Virus record (IMG/VR): IMGVR_UViG_3300036770_006296 | Coordinates: 142,618 to 206,617 of that record | DNA length: 64,000 bases | Reading direction: 5' to 3' (one strand) | Shown: positions 50,972 through 59,560 of the stretch, one piece after another | How positions within the stretch are numbered: position 1 is the first letter of the stretch | Layout: each line of letters begins with the position of its first letter | Notes under the pieces: generated by a model | What the model was told of the DNA's origin: nothing | The model's database searches: none | The model's input: the letters and a program-made list of their open reading frames with translations, nothing else | Position numbers and translations under genes: made by a program

Positions 50972-51726
50972 AAATCCATTAATCTCTTTAGATTTTTAAA
51001 TCTCCTATTCAAGGATTCTTTAAGCTTCGTTATAGATATTTCAAATTCTCTACCAAAAACTTTAGGAGCTTCTTTATACGATTCTTGTGTTTCGTCATTT
51101 GAATCCTGAGTGAACTGCCAATATAATGACATTTCATCTGGTACATTAAACCCATAGAATTCGTATACTTGTTTTTGAGTTTCTAATACCTGCTCACCGT
51201 TCCAGTTTTGTCCTATTATAACACATCCTGCATCGATACCAGATACTATATTATCCTCACCTAGAGTTGTGTGTCTGTTTTCTATCCAATTTAGTCTTTC
51301 TATAAGTTTTTGATAGAAAGCATTTGCTTGACCCCATCTTACGCTTATAAAGAAAACAACTGCATCTGATTCGAAAAGCTCTTTGGTTACTTTCCATAAT
51401 TCATCGTCCTCATTGTTTAATGAAGCCCAGCATCTATGATTTCCTGAGGGATCTTTTTCTGTGTCTTTTAGAAGAGAATCTTTTATTCCACAATTGTTTC
51501 CTTCTACTCCGGATACGTTTCCTTCACATGGGTATATTTTTAATTTTGGTATTTCTAAAAGATTAACCTCTGTTGTCTCTTCAAGCCTAGATTTAATATC
51601 CATAGCCAATAGTGTGGACTTGGGGATTTCTTTGCTACCTTCCCATCTATTAGATGTGGTTAAAAAAAGGACCTTGTTTTTATTAGAAAGATATTCTACT
51701 AATTCTTGTATTTGCTCAGAAACCAT
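50968..51726 (-). CDS. flavodoxin-fold NAD(P)H-dependent FMN reductase-like protein
   Basis: VLFLTTSNR, IYPCEG..C...C, SDAVVF...VRWG, KLIERL; GATATATA (-) at 51731. Confidence 0.7.
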   Translation of the reverse strand: MVSEQIQELVEYLSNKNKVLFLTTSNRWEGSKEIPKSTLLAMDIKSRLEETTEVNLLEIPKLKIYPCEGNVSGVEGNNCGIKDSLLKDTEKDPSGNHRCWASLNNEDDELWKVTKELFESDAVVFFISVRWGQANAFYQKLIERLNWIENRHTTLGEDNIVSGIDAGCVIIGQNWNGEQVLETQKQVYEFYGFNVPDEMSLYWQFTQDSNDETQESYKEAPKVFGREFEISITKLKESLNRRFKNLKRLMDF

Positions 51727-51762
51727 AATTTATATATCTACGGATTTGGAATATATACTTTA

Positions 51763-52020
51763 ATGAAACACATTAAGATCTACGAAAATTTTAGTTCATC
51801 TGCGGATAGAAAATATTTTACTGACGCAGAAATCCAATACTACCAAAAATTATGGGATTGGCTTCCGGAGAGATACAGATACAATCAGTTTTTCTTAAAG
51901 CTTTGGACACAAGCAACAACTAAGAAGTATCTTTCTAATAAACAGTGGATCCAACTGGAGTATTTACTAAAAAATGGTAAATCCCAATATGAGGCGGGAA
52001 TTCTTCCTAGTAATTATTGA
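51763..52020 (+). CDS. hypothetical late protein (MKHIKIYENF)
   Basis: GAATATATA at 51749; start reassigned. Confidence 0.65.
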   Translation: MKHIKIYENFSSSADRKYFTDAEIQYYQKLWDWLPERYRYNQFFLKLWTQATTKKYLSNKQWIQLEYLLKNGKSQYEAGILPSNY

Positions 52021-52066
52021 AACAATCATTAATTTTACTTGTATTATCTATACAATAAAAATTTAG

Positions 52067-52672
52067 ATGTCTAAAAAAAGAAAATGGGGAATATCTAATC
52101 CCTTCTCCGAAGGCCATAGAGAATATCTACCATCAAATTATTGTCTTTTTGATGTTGACGGGATATTGTTAGATCTCAGCGGTGATCCTGAATTTTTATA
52201 TGAGAGTAAATACAAAATGTCTTATGATGGCTCAGATTTTATAGAAAGTTTCTATAATCCTAAAAACACGCAAGCTTTCTTCTTAAGACATGTATCTCAA
52301 AAAATAGGAGTATACATTCACGAAGAAAAGACTGATCGATGGTGGTTTTTAAAAGACAGGGATCTAAATATTTCATTAAATCCTAGGCTGGATCTAATAA
52401 AGACAGAGAACAGAATTTATGTGGAAGATATAATTTCAAATTACTCCCATAATCTTTCCGGTGTATTTGTTAGAACTGAAGGTGAGAAGCCTTCGTATAT
52501 GGAGAGATATGGAGCCTTTATAGCACAAAAAATGGGTATACCTAATATATTGGTTAACGACGTGTTTGAAAGTGCTTATATACACTTCAAAAAAGAAAAT
52601 AACACATATAAATGTGATTCAAAATCCAATTGGGAATTGGTGTGGGATGATCTAGATATAGTTGGAAATTAA
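52067..52672 (+). CDS. hypothetical protein
   Basis: after GAAAC-N18-TATTA. Confidence 0.6.
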   Translation: MSKKRKWGISNPFSEGHREYLPSNYCLFDVDGILLDLSGDPEFLYESKYKMSYDGSDFIESFYNPKNTQAFFLRHVSQKIGVYIHEEKTDRWWFLKDRDLNISLNPRLDLIKTENRIYVEDIISNYSHNLSGVFVRTEGEKPSYMERYGAFIAQKMGIPNILVNDVFESAYIHFKKENNTYKCDSKSNWELVWDDLDIVGN

Positions 52673-52713
52673 GAAACTATATTTGGAGATTTCTCTATAA
52701 ATAAATAAAAAAT

Positions 52714-53064
52714 ATGCCTACTAAAAGTCGCGTAAGAAAAAAGAATGGTAAACCAGTAAAGTACAAACCGAAACCAAAAGGTTTATCAAAAACTCAGATG
52801 AAAAAGCTTTTAAAGATGATTGAGGATCAGCAGAAAGCTTCACAAGAAAATTCTGGGGAAGTATCAGAAACTAGAGAGGGAGGTGAATTATTAATTTCTC
52901 CGGAGTTTATAAAAAAACTAAATGTCAATCCCTCTGATAGTATAGAAGAGGGTCCATCTTTATACGAAGAAGATAAAACGGAGGAACCTGTTAATGAATC
53001 TGAGACTCTTGAAGAAAAAGAGGATGAAAACTTAAATCCTGGTCCTATTTCTTCCGAGATTTAA
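52714..53064 (+). CDS. protein with basic N-terminus and acidic C-terminus
   Basis: after GAAAC-N18-TATAA (52673/52696). Confidence 0.6.
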   Translation: MPTKSRVRKKNGKPVKYKPKPKGLSKTQMKKLLKMIEDQQKASQENSGEVSETREGGELLISPEFIKKLNVNPSDSIEEGPSLYEEDKTEEPVNESETLEEKEDENLNPGPISSEI

Positions 53065-53083
53065 TATAAATAAATATAAAAAC

Positions 53084-53111
53084 AAAGTCCCGTCTTAAGG
53101 CGGGATTCTTT
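53084..53111 (+). terminator. putative intrinsic terminator
   Basis: AGTCCCGTC-TTAA-GGCGGGATT hairpin. Confidence 0.55.
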
Positions 53112-53154
53112 GTGCCTTGGTGGTTATATACCATACAAAAAATAATTAAATCAT

Positions 53155-53475
53155 ATGAAAATTATTAATGATGAACAGCTAAACGAATCAATCAAAAGCG
53201 GAGAAAAAACTCTAGTTCTCTTTTCTGCAGACTGGTGTGGGCCATGTAAGATAATTAAACCAGCACTTGAAAAAGTAGAGGAGGAATTATCTAATTCTAT
53301 AAAAATAGTAAAAGCTGATGTGGGGGAGGCGGGAGAATCCGCAAAGAAATTTAACATAAAAAATATTCCTACTTGTGTACTTATAGAAGGCGAAACGGAG
53401 ATCGCTAGATTTTCTGGTGTAAAAAATGGGGATCAGATTAAAAAATTTCTAGAGGAACATCAGGTTTTAAATTGA
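53155..53475 (+). CDS. trxA: thioredoxin
   Basis: WCGPC active site, IPT. Confidence 0.93.
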   Translation: MKIINDEQLNESIKSGEKTLVLFSADWCGPCKIIKPALEKVEEELSNSIKIVKADVGEAGESAKKFNIKNIPTCVLIEGETEIARFSGVKNGDQIKKFLEEHQVLN

Positions 53476-53484
53476 AACTTTACC

Positions 53485-53524
53485 TATATTTGCGATATAT
53501 TTTAATAAAACGTTCTTTAACATA
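53485..53524 (+). promoter_or_regulatory. TATATTTG -7 box and boxA-like site upstream of ncRNA array
   Basis: TATATTTG 53485-53492; GTTCTTTAACATA 53512-53524. Confidence 0.6.
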
Positions 53525-53528
53525 CATA

Positions 53529-53745
53529 TTTTTCTTGAAGCGGTTTAAAGGGTTACTTCAAAATTTATAAACAGCGATCGATAAACAGCTCCGGCTGTTT
53601 ATTTCTAAAGACTTAGTACTTCTACAGAAGAGCGCTTCCTTAGGGGAGAAAATTACAGTAGATTGGTTTAATTCACTGACTAGAAATAAGGGAACGATTA
53701 CCTCACGTAATGAGGGACCACTCTTTAAAGATTTCTCAAGAAAAA
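53529..53745 (+). ncRNA. Y-RNA-like element 1 (long)
   Basis: ends pair (TTCTTGA/TCAAGAA; TTTAAAGGGT/ACTCTTTAAA); shared GAAGCGG...TACTTCA...TTCTC; upstream of Ro60. Confidence 0.6.
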
Positions 53746-53763
53746 AATTATATAAAAATAAAC

Positions 53764-53833
53764 TCCGAAGCGGTGAGAAGAGATACTTCAATAAGAAATC
53801 AAAAGAAAAAACCTCTTCCCTAATATTCTCGGA
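53764..53833 (+). ncRNA. Y-RNA-like element 2
   Basis: TCCGA/TCGGA closing stem, GAAGCGG, GAAGAG/CTCTTC, GATACTTCA. Confidence 0.6.
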
Positions 53834-53843
53834 TTTTTAGAAA

Positions 53844-53918
53844 TGTTCTGAAGCGGGATTTTGAGATACTTCATATATTGTTAGACTCGAAACCCTCGAA
53901 ATCAATTTTCTCAGAACA
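53844..53918 (+). ncRNA. Y-RNA-like element 3
   Basis: TGTTCTGA/TCAGAACA, GAAGCGG, GATTTTGAG/CTCGAAATC, GATACTTCA. Confidence 0.6.
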
Positions 53919-53924
53919 ACCACT

Positions 53925-53960
53925 AAGGGGTTTGGACGCTAAGCGACTGAACCCTTTTTT
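53925..53960 (+). terminator. terminator-like hairpin between ncRNA array and Ro60
   Basis: AAGGGGTTTGG...CTGAACCCTTT plus T tract. Confidence 0.5.
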
Positions 53961-53987
53961 ATTTTAGTAACTTTTTAAAACAACTAT

Positions 53988-55613
53988 ATGTCAAAGTTGA
54001 GTAATTACGCAGATAAAAAAGTAGCAATGCAAATTGCACATAATTCACTCTATGGAGCTTTTGCAGTGGAGAACTTTATGGGAGGAACATCCTATGAGAT
54101 CAATCCATTAGACACATTAAGGATTGTAGCGGCTTCCTCTATATTCGGAGAACCCCAATATTACCGTGACGGTTTAAAAGCACCTAGTAATCTTAGCACT
54201 CTTTCTAGATACTCTATATTTTCCTCGATGTATAAATCGGATTTAACATCGGTTGAAATTTTCGAAAATGCGATAGACTCTGCCCTTGACTATGACTTTA
54301 AAGGTACCCTAGATCTTGCTTTAGAATTAAGAAATAAATTCTTCATGAGACTTAATCCTGCGGTTATCTTCATAAGAGCATCGCAGCACAGTAACAGAAC
54401 AGAGTTTAATGAAGCTAACCCTGGATACATGAAAAATGTGGGTAAGTCTATCTCACTTAGACCTGATGATTTAACAAATCAATTTGAGTACTATATGTAC
54501 AAGAATGGGGGTAAAAAAGGCCTTTCGTCTTTAGTTAAAAGAACATGGGCAGAAAAACTTGGTGAATTTAGCAGATATCAATTAAATAAGTACAAAGGAA
54601 AAAGACTAATAGATCTTGTACGTATATCTCACGCAAAAGGAGAGGACATTAATGAGTTAATGTCCACCGGTACATTAAAAGTAAAAGAGACCGAAAAAAC
54701 CTGGGAAACTCTAAGATCTGAAGGAAAAACATGGAAGGAAATAGCGGATACAATTCTTATCCCTCATATGGCTTTATTAAGAAACCTTAGAGGTATATTT
54801 ACTGAGGTAGAAGATCGTACAATCACAGCGAGAATCTTAACTCAATTAAAATCTGGGGTTGAAAGTGGAAAACAATTTCCGTTTAGATATTGGTCAGCTT
54901 TTAAGGCGGTACAAAATTCAGATATACATCACAAGCAACTCGTTCTTGATACTCTAGAGGAGTGCTTAGATATTTCGGTAGCTAATATGCCTAAATTAAA
55001 GGGGAAAACTGCCTGTCTATCCGATAACTCAGGATCAGCATGGGGTTCTTTCAATAGCGAATATGGATCGGTAACTGTTGCAGAAATAGCTAACCTTTCA
55101 TCATTGACAACTGCTTTACAATCCGATGAAGGTATTGTAGGAGTATTTGGCGATAATCTTTCATTAAAAGAAGTCTCTAAAAGAAACGGTATACTCACTC
55201 AATTAGAAGAGACCTCTGAAAGAGGAAGATCTCAAGGAGGTGGAACGGAAAATGGGATATGGGTATTCTGGGACGAAGCTATAAAAAATAAAGTCCATTA
55301 CGATAACGTTTTTATCTACTCGGATATGCAGGCTGGACACGGCGGACTATATGGCCACAGCAATACAGTAGGAAGTTCTCCTTATGGACATAGCGGTAAA
55401 GGTGATGTCCATGTAGATGTACTGGCAATGGTACAAGAATACAGAAGAACTGTTAATCCCAAGGTTAATGTTTTTACTGTTCAAGTTGCAGGATACAACA
55501 ACACGGTTTTACCCGAAAATCTTTATAGAGGTGCTATATTAGCCGGATGGACAGGAAAAGAGCCACTATTTGCTAAAGCCATAATCGAAGCTTGGGATTC
55601 TATAGAATCTTAA
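53988..55613 (+). CDS. TROVE/Ro60 ribonucleoprotein (TROVE + vWA)
   Basis: NFMGG.SY, YQLNKYK, DLVRISH, TWE, MALLRNLR, QFPFRY..A, vWA DNSGS...YSDMQ. Confidence 0.92.
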   Translation: MSKLSNYADKKVAMQIAHNSLYGAFAVENFMGGTSYEINPLDTLRIVAASSIFGEPQYYRDGLKAPSNLSTLSRYSIFSSMYKSDLTSVEIFENAIDSALDYDFKGTLDLALELRNKFFMRLNPAVIFIRASQHSNRTEFNEANPGYMKNVGKSISLRPDDLTNQFEYYMYKNGGKKGLSSLVKRTWAEKLGEFSRYQLNKYKGKRLIDLVRISHAKGEDINELMSTGTLKVKETEKTWETLRSEGKTWKEIADTILIPHMALLRNLRGIFTEVEDRTITARILTQLKSGVESGKQFPFRYWSAFKAVQNSDIHHKQLVLDTLEECLDISVANMPKLKGKTACLSDNSGSAWGSFNSEYGSVTVAEIANLSSLTTALQSDEGIVGVFGDNLSLKEVSKRNGILTQLEETSERGRSQGGGTENGIWVFWDEAIKNKVHYDNVFIYSDMQAGHGGLYGHSNTVGSSPYGHSGKGDVHVDVLAMVQEYRRTVNPKVNVFTVQVAGYNNTVLPENLYRGAILAGWTGKEPLFAKAIIEAWDSIES

Positions 55614-55632
55614 TTTTTTTGCTATCTTTTTT

Positions 55633-55659
55633 AAAATCCCTAGCGATAGGGATTTTTTT
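55633..55659 (+). terminator. intrinsic terminator
   Basis: AAAATCCCTA-GCGA-TAGGGATTTT plus T tract. Confidence 0.8.
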
Positions 55660-55693
55660 GTGGTTTTTTTCTACAAATAGGATAAATACTTAT

Positions 55694-55945
55694 ATGAAAA
55701 TAATAAAAACATACGAGAACTATAATGTTATAGACATGGGAAGGAACGAACCAGTAAAAAAATACGGCGAGCCTTATCCACTAACTAATCTTAAGAAGGG
55801 TGATAAAGTAACATACTTAGGTACTCCTTTTATCGTAGACAAAGTAGACGAGTATACATTATTATTAAAATCTGCGGAAGATGGATCTGCTTTAAGAGTA
55901 AATCAAAACATGTTTAATCAGAGAGGATTTATTGGACCTATTTAA
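55694..55945 (+). CDS. hypothetical late protein (MKIIKTYENY)
   Basis: GATAAATA at 55681; start reassigned. Confidence 0.65.
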   Translation: MKIIKTYENYNVIDMGRNEPVKKYGEPYPLTNLKKGDKVTYLGTPFIVDKVDEYTLLLKSAEDGSALRVNQNMFNQRGFIGPI

Positions 55946-55956
55946 TATTTAAAATC

Positions 55957-56139
55957 ATGGAAGAAGAAATTAAGATATTAAATATTCTATCAGAAAAAAC
56001 AAAAAACGATATAAAGATGTTTGTTACCAATTGCTCTATATCAGAAGATCCTGAAAGAAAAAAGAAATTTTACGATATTATCCAAAGGGTAATAGTTGAA
56101 TCCTCATTGGGGACAAAAGATAAAATAAACTTTCAATAA
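55957..56139 (+). CDS. hypothetical protein
   Basis: ORF in operon. Confidence 0.5.
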   Translation: MEEEIKILNILSEKTKNDIKMFVTNCSISEDPERKKKFYDIIQRVIVESSLGTKDKINFQ

Positions 56140-56285
56140 TGGCAAAAATTAAATCTCTAGACTCTTCAAAAAATCACATAAGAAAACCTAGAAAAAAAAG
56201 ACCGGGCATACATTCTAAATGTAAAACAAGTGTTAGTAAGAATGCTAAACACTATAAAAAGCCTTATAGATCTCAAGGTAGATAG
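56139..56285 (+). CDS. small very basic protein ending YKKPYRSQGR (48 aa, not in ORF track)
   Basis: TAATG coupling; K/R-rich. Confidence 0.6.
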   Translation: MAKIKSLDSSKNHIRKPRKKRPGIHSKCKTSVSKNAKHYKKPYRSQGR

Positions 56286-56308
56286 AAAGGATATATAAAA
56301 TAAAAAAA

Positions 56309-56701
56309 ATGAAACACCTTAGAATATACGAAAGCTTCGCTAGAGAAGTAGAAATGGATCAGGTCATGCCAGACACTGATATGGATCCAATGTCAAGTGA
56401 TATGGGAATGGAAATGGAAAATGGTAGCTTCGAAGCAGAATCTACAGATTTCGTTTCAACTCCAGAAGGACAAGAAGGTGATTATATAGTAAAATTTATT
56501 AATCCAGAGGGAGAGGAAGTAACAGTTACAGTAGGGCACGCAATAGACCCTGAGTACATGGGGAAGAAAATGATTAGTGCTATAGAAATGATACCAGATT
56601 CAAGCTCAGACGGTAGACAATATTCATTTATAGGATACTATGACGAAATCCCTGGATCCGCTGGAGCTTATGAACTTAAGAGGGTTTTAATTGAGGGATA
56701 A
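56309..56701 (+). CDS. acidic late protein (MKHLRIYESF)
   Basis: GATATATA at 56290. Confidence 0.65.
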   Translation: MKHLRIYESFAREVEMDQVMPDTDMDPMSSDMGMEMENGSFEAESTDFVSTPEGQEGDYIVKFINPEGEEVTVTVGHAIDPEYMGKKMISAIEMIPDSSSDGRQYSFIGYYDEIPGSAGAYELKRVLIEG

Positions 56702-56703
56702 TA

Positions 56704-56994
56704 ATGTCTATAAAAATATATTCAGGCTATGATGAATTTAAATATGAAGAGCCTGAATTGTGTGATTGTATAGATATAGAAGAACGTGATTCTTACGAAG
56801 ATGAACAGGAGGAAGAATCAAATGATGTTTTTTTCTATGCTACTAAAACCTCCGATTTTATAGATTCCTCAACTTTTTATGTTGTATCAGATCTAGAGGA
56901 CGAAGAAAATGCAGAAGACATATCTGGATATTTAGGAAAATTTAAAAAAATGTACATACCAGATTTCCACAAGGTTCTGTTTTGTGTAAATTAA
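56704..56994 (+). CDS. acidic hypothetical protein
   Basis: ORF in operon. Confidence 0.55.
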   Translation: MSIKIYSGYDEFKYEEPELCDCIDIEERDSYEDEQEEESNDVFFYATKTSDFIDSSTFYVVSDLEDEENAEDISGYLGKFKKMYIPDFHKVLFCVN

Positions 56995-57000
56995 CATAAA

Positions 57001-57930
57001 ATGAAAAAAATACTAGATTTCAAAGAATTTTCTTTATTCGAAAATGAAATTTCGGATGGTAAATCAAACATCTTTGATTTCAATAATAAATTAATTTATA
57101 GGACACTAAAAGATATAAAGACAACAACCATAGGGGGAAGAGAATATAACTTTCTATGCGTTGGTAGCGGAATGAAAACCTATGCAGATTCTGTTGCCAA
57201 GTCCAATAAAAAAATAGGAGACGTTCTACTAAAAATCGCTGAAAAGAAAGATAAATCTTTAGTTTTTACCCCTGATGGAATATACGTAGTTTCTGAGGCA
57301 GTTTCAGACGGATTAATGTCTTTAACATCATCTATTTTTTCGTATGTAAAAGAGGGTGAGATAACAGCGGGATTAAGTGTTATTTATACTTTTAAAAGAA
57401 TCAATACATATTATACAGATAAGGGAGAAGAGGCTTTTAGTAATATGAAAGAAGACCCTGCTGCTTTGTTTAAAATGATCATCAAAGATCTTTATAAACT
57501 AGCAGATAAATCACCAAATGCTTCAGAAGCAGTATCTATATTAACTGTTGGCGCATATAAAGCATCAACATCATCCTTTAAAACAATCCCGGAATTTTTA
57601 AATTCGTGTCTATATGAAACAGCTAAAGAATTAGGAATAAAATCTGTAAACATAGGACAAAACATAGAAGATTTCTATAAGGTTTGCCAAAACACGCTAG
57701 ACAATTTAAAAGTACCAGTTAACAAAACTATAGAGGAGGGAGTAGAGAAAATGTCTCAGATGATAGATAAGGGTATAAGAAAAGGAAGAATATTCGGAGC
57801 TAGATTAGAAAAAGAAACACAGGATGCTCTCAAAGCAGTACAAGATAGAATAGCACCAACAGGAAAAGCGATAGCTACAAAAAGCAAAAATATCTGGAAT
57901 TCAATTTCCGGAAAAAAAGTAACTAATTAA
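57001..57930 (+). CDS. hypothetical protein (MKKILDFKEFSLFENE)
   Basis: N-terminal motif. Confidence 0.65.
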   Translation: MKKILDFKEFSLFENEISDGKSNIFDFNNKLIYRTLKDIKTTTIGGREYNFLCVGSGMKTYADSVAKSNKKIGDVLLKIAEKKDKSLVFTPDGIYVVSEAVSDGLMSLTSSIFSYVKEGEITAGLSVIYTFKRINTYYTDKGEEAFSNMKEDPAALFKMIIKDLYKLADKSPNASEAVSILTVGAYKASTSSFKTIPEFLNSCLYETAKELGIKSVNIGQNIEDFYKVCQNTLDNLKVPVNKTIEEGVEKMSQMIDKGIRKGRIFGARLEKETQDALKAVQDRIAPTGKAIATKSKNIWNSISGKKVTN

Positions 57931-57935
57931 TACTA

Positions 57936-58001
57936 AATCATTTTTTTTATTAATAGAAATAGTCTATATTTGTGAAACAAAACAAAGGAAACAATATATA
58001 A
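57936..58001 (+). promoter_or_regulatory. stacked promoters of tRNA cluster 1
   Basis: AATCA-T8 (57936) + TATATTTG (57965); GAAAC (57974) + TATAA (57997); AATATATA. Confidence 0.65.
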
Positions 58002-58008
58002 TACTTAA

Positions 58009-58083
58009 ATGAACAAATTAATTAACATATTACCTTCCATATTAAGACCGTCGATAAGACGATCTCGAAAGGTCCTGTGTTAG
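58009..58083 (+). CDS. attenuator leader peptide 1 MNKLINILPSILRPSIRRSRKVLC
   Basis: 24 codons; codons 7-20 only Ile/Leu/Pro/Ser/Arg; 3' end complementary to terminator arm. Confidence 0.75.
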   Translation: MNKLINILPSILRPSIRRSRKVLC

Positions 58084-58104
58084 TTTTAACTATAACTATA
58101 AACT

Positions 58105-58138
58105 AAAAACCGGGACCTTTAAAAGTCCCGGTTTTTTT
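58105..58138 (+). terminator. attenuator terminator 1
   Basis: AAAAACCGGGAC-ctttaaaa-GTCCCGGTTTTTTT; 5' arm alternatively pairs with 58068-58077. Confidence 0.85.
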
Positions 58139-58140
58139 AT

Positions 58141-58153
58141 GTTCTTTGAAATA
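58141..58153 (+). promoter_or_regulatory. boxA-like antitermination site
   Basis: GTTCTTTGAAATA. Confidence 0.6.
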
Positions 58154-58156
58154 ATT

Positions 58157-58246
58157 GGAGAGGTGGCAGAGCCCGGTTTAATGCACCAGTCTTGAAAACT
58201 GACGTAGTGAAAGCTACCGGGGGTTCGAATCCCTCCCTCTCCGCCA
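58157..58246 (+). tRNA. tRNA-Ser(TGA)
   Basis: cloverleaf, long variable arm, CT-TGA-AA loop, encoded CCA. Confidence 0.95.
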
Positions 58247-58249
58247 TTT

Positions 58250-58323
58250 GGTCCGATAGCTCAGCTGGATAGAGCAACTGCCTTCTAAGCAGTAGGTCGC
58301 AGGTTCGAATCCTGCTCGGATCA
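58250..58323 (+). tRNA. tRNA-Arg(TCT)
   Basis: cloverleaf, CT-TCT-AA. Confidence 0.95.
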
Positions 58324-58329
58324 CTATAT

Positions 58330-58402
58330 CGGGATGTAGATCAGTTGGTAGATCGCCTGGTTTGGGACCGGGAGGTCCCAGGTTCGAGTCCTGATATCCC
58401 GA
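58330..58402 (+). tRNA. tRNA-Pro(TGG)
   Basis: cloverleaf, TT-TGG-GA. Confidence 0.93.
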
Positions 58403-58410
58403 CAGCTCTT

Positions 58411-58484
58411 AGAGGCGTAGCTCAATTGGTTAGAGCACATGCCTTATACGCATGCGGTCATGGGTTCGACTCCCATCGTCTCTA
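58411..58484 (+). tRNA. tRNA-Ile(TAT)
   Basis: CATGC-CT-TAT-AC-GCATG anticodon arm. Confidence 0.88.
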
Positions 58485-58488
58485 CTTA

Positions 58489-58562
58489 GGTCCCTTAGCT
58501 CAGTAGGTTAGAGCAACTGACTCATAATCAGTAGGTCCACGGTTCGAGCCCGTGAGGGACCA
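58489..58562 (+). tRNA. tRNA-Ile2(CAT) (lysidine type; elongator Met not excluded)
   Basis: GGTCCCTTAGCTCAG...CTCATAA; resembles ileX-type tRNAs. Confidence 0.85.
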
Positions 58563-58653
58563 CAAAGATACGGATGAGATTTCTAAATCTCCTACTTACT
58601 TATGAAAAGAAGGATTCCGTAACTAATACCATATAGTAGTGATGGTATTGCCT

Positions 58654-58737
58654 GCCCGGGTGATGGAATGGTAGACATGAGGGACTTAAAATCCCTTGGC
58701 CCTAAAGGCCGTGCGGGTTCGACTCCCGCCTCGGGTA
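58654..58737 (+). tRNA. tRNA-Leu(TAA)
   Basis: AGGGA-CT-TAA-AA-TCCCT, long variable arm. Confidence 0.95.
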
Positions 58738-58751
58738 CTGAATTAAAATAT

Positions 58752-59444
58752 ATGATAAAAGAATTAGAAGGATTTCAATGGGGCTGGATGGATCGGGGAA
58801 CAGATTCAGGAAACTACCACAAAGAAACCATGATAGGAGAAATATTCCTACAAAGAGCTTACGAAAGAATATTCGAAGTGGAACAAGGAGATATAGTTTT
58901 GGATGTCGGAGCTAGTGTAGGACCTTTTACAAGATCAATCTTAAGTAAAAACCCCAAACATGTTTTTTGTTTAGAGCCAAGTGTTTCTGAATTCAAATGC
59001 CTAGTTAAAAACACAATTGGATATCCAGTAACTCAAATAAACAAGGGAATTTGGGATTTTAATGGATCGGTAAATAGCGACCAACTATTCGGAGGGGAAG
59101 CACAAATGGAAACAATGACCTTTAGGACTTTCTTAGATCTTTTTGGTATTGATAGAATAGATTTTCTAAAAACTGATTGTGAAGGAGGTGAATATGAGAT
59201 ATTTAACTCAGAAAATCTGGATTTTATAAAATCAAATGTTCGTAAGGTGGTAGGTGAATGGCACTTGAGATCGCCAGGGAATAAAGATAAATTTAGAAAT
59301 TTCAGAGATACAGTTCTTCCATTATTTCAAAAGTACGAGGTTTATTCAATAGACGGGATTGATATAAAATGGGATCTATGGAATGAGCACTTCTTAGAAT
59401 ATTACGACGAGGTGATTCTTTATATAGATAACAGGAATATGTGA
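58752..59444 (+). CDS. FkbM family methyltransferase
   Basis: VLDVGASVG, LEP, IDFLKTDCEGGE; start moved out of tRNA-Leu. Confidence 0.85.
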   Translation: MIKELEGFQWGWMDRGTDSGNYHKETMIGEIFLQRAYERIFEVEQGDIVLDVGASVGPFTRSILSKNPKHVFCLEPSVSEFKCLVKNTIGYPVTQINKGIWDFNGSVNSDQLFGGEAQMETMTFRTFLDLFGIDRIDFLKTDCEGGEYEIFNSENLDFIKSNVRKVVGEWHLRSPGNKDKFRNFRDTVLPLFQKYEVYSIDGIDIKWDLWNEHFLEYYDEVILYIDNRNM

Positions 59445-59560
59445 CCTATAAAGGTGTAGAAACTATAACATGGACGGAAGAAAATGCAGATACTATTTGT
59501 AATTTTCTAAAACATAATAGACTTGTATCATTTTATGGATATATAGAATAAAGTCAAAAA

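Noticed and set aside
53558-53791. Minus-strand 77-aa ORF
   Set aside because: Antisense to the structured RNA array; no recognisable protein features.
53529-53918. CRISPR array (repeated GAAGCGG...TACTTCA)
   Set aside because: Repeats are short, degenerate and irregularly spaced and the element ends pair; no cas genes nearby.
58009-58138. T-box riboswitch as explanation for the tRNA leaders
   Set aside because: No T-box consensus or large stem I; instead there is an open uORF with a 3' antiterminator strand.
58668-58751. N-terminal extension of the FkbM ORF
   Set aside because: Overlaps tRNA-Leu(TAA); the likely start is 58752.
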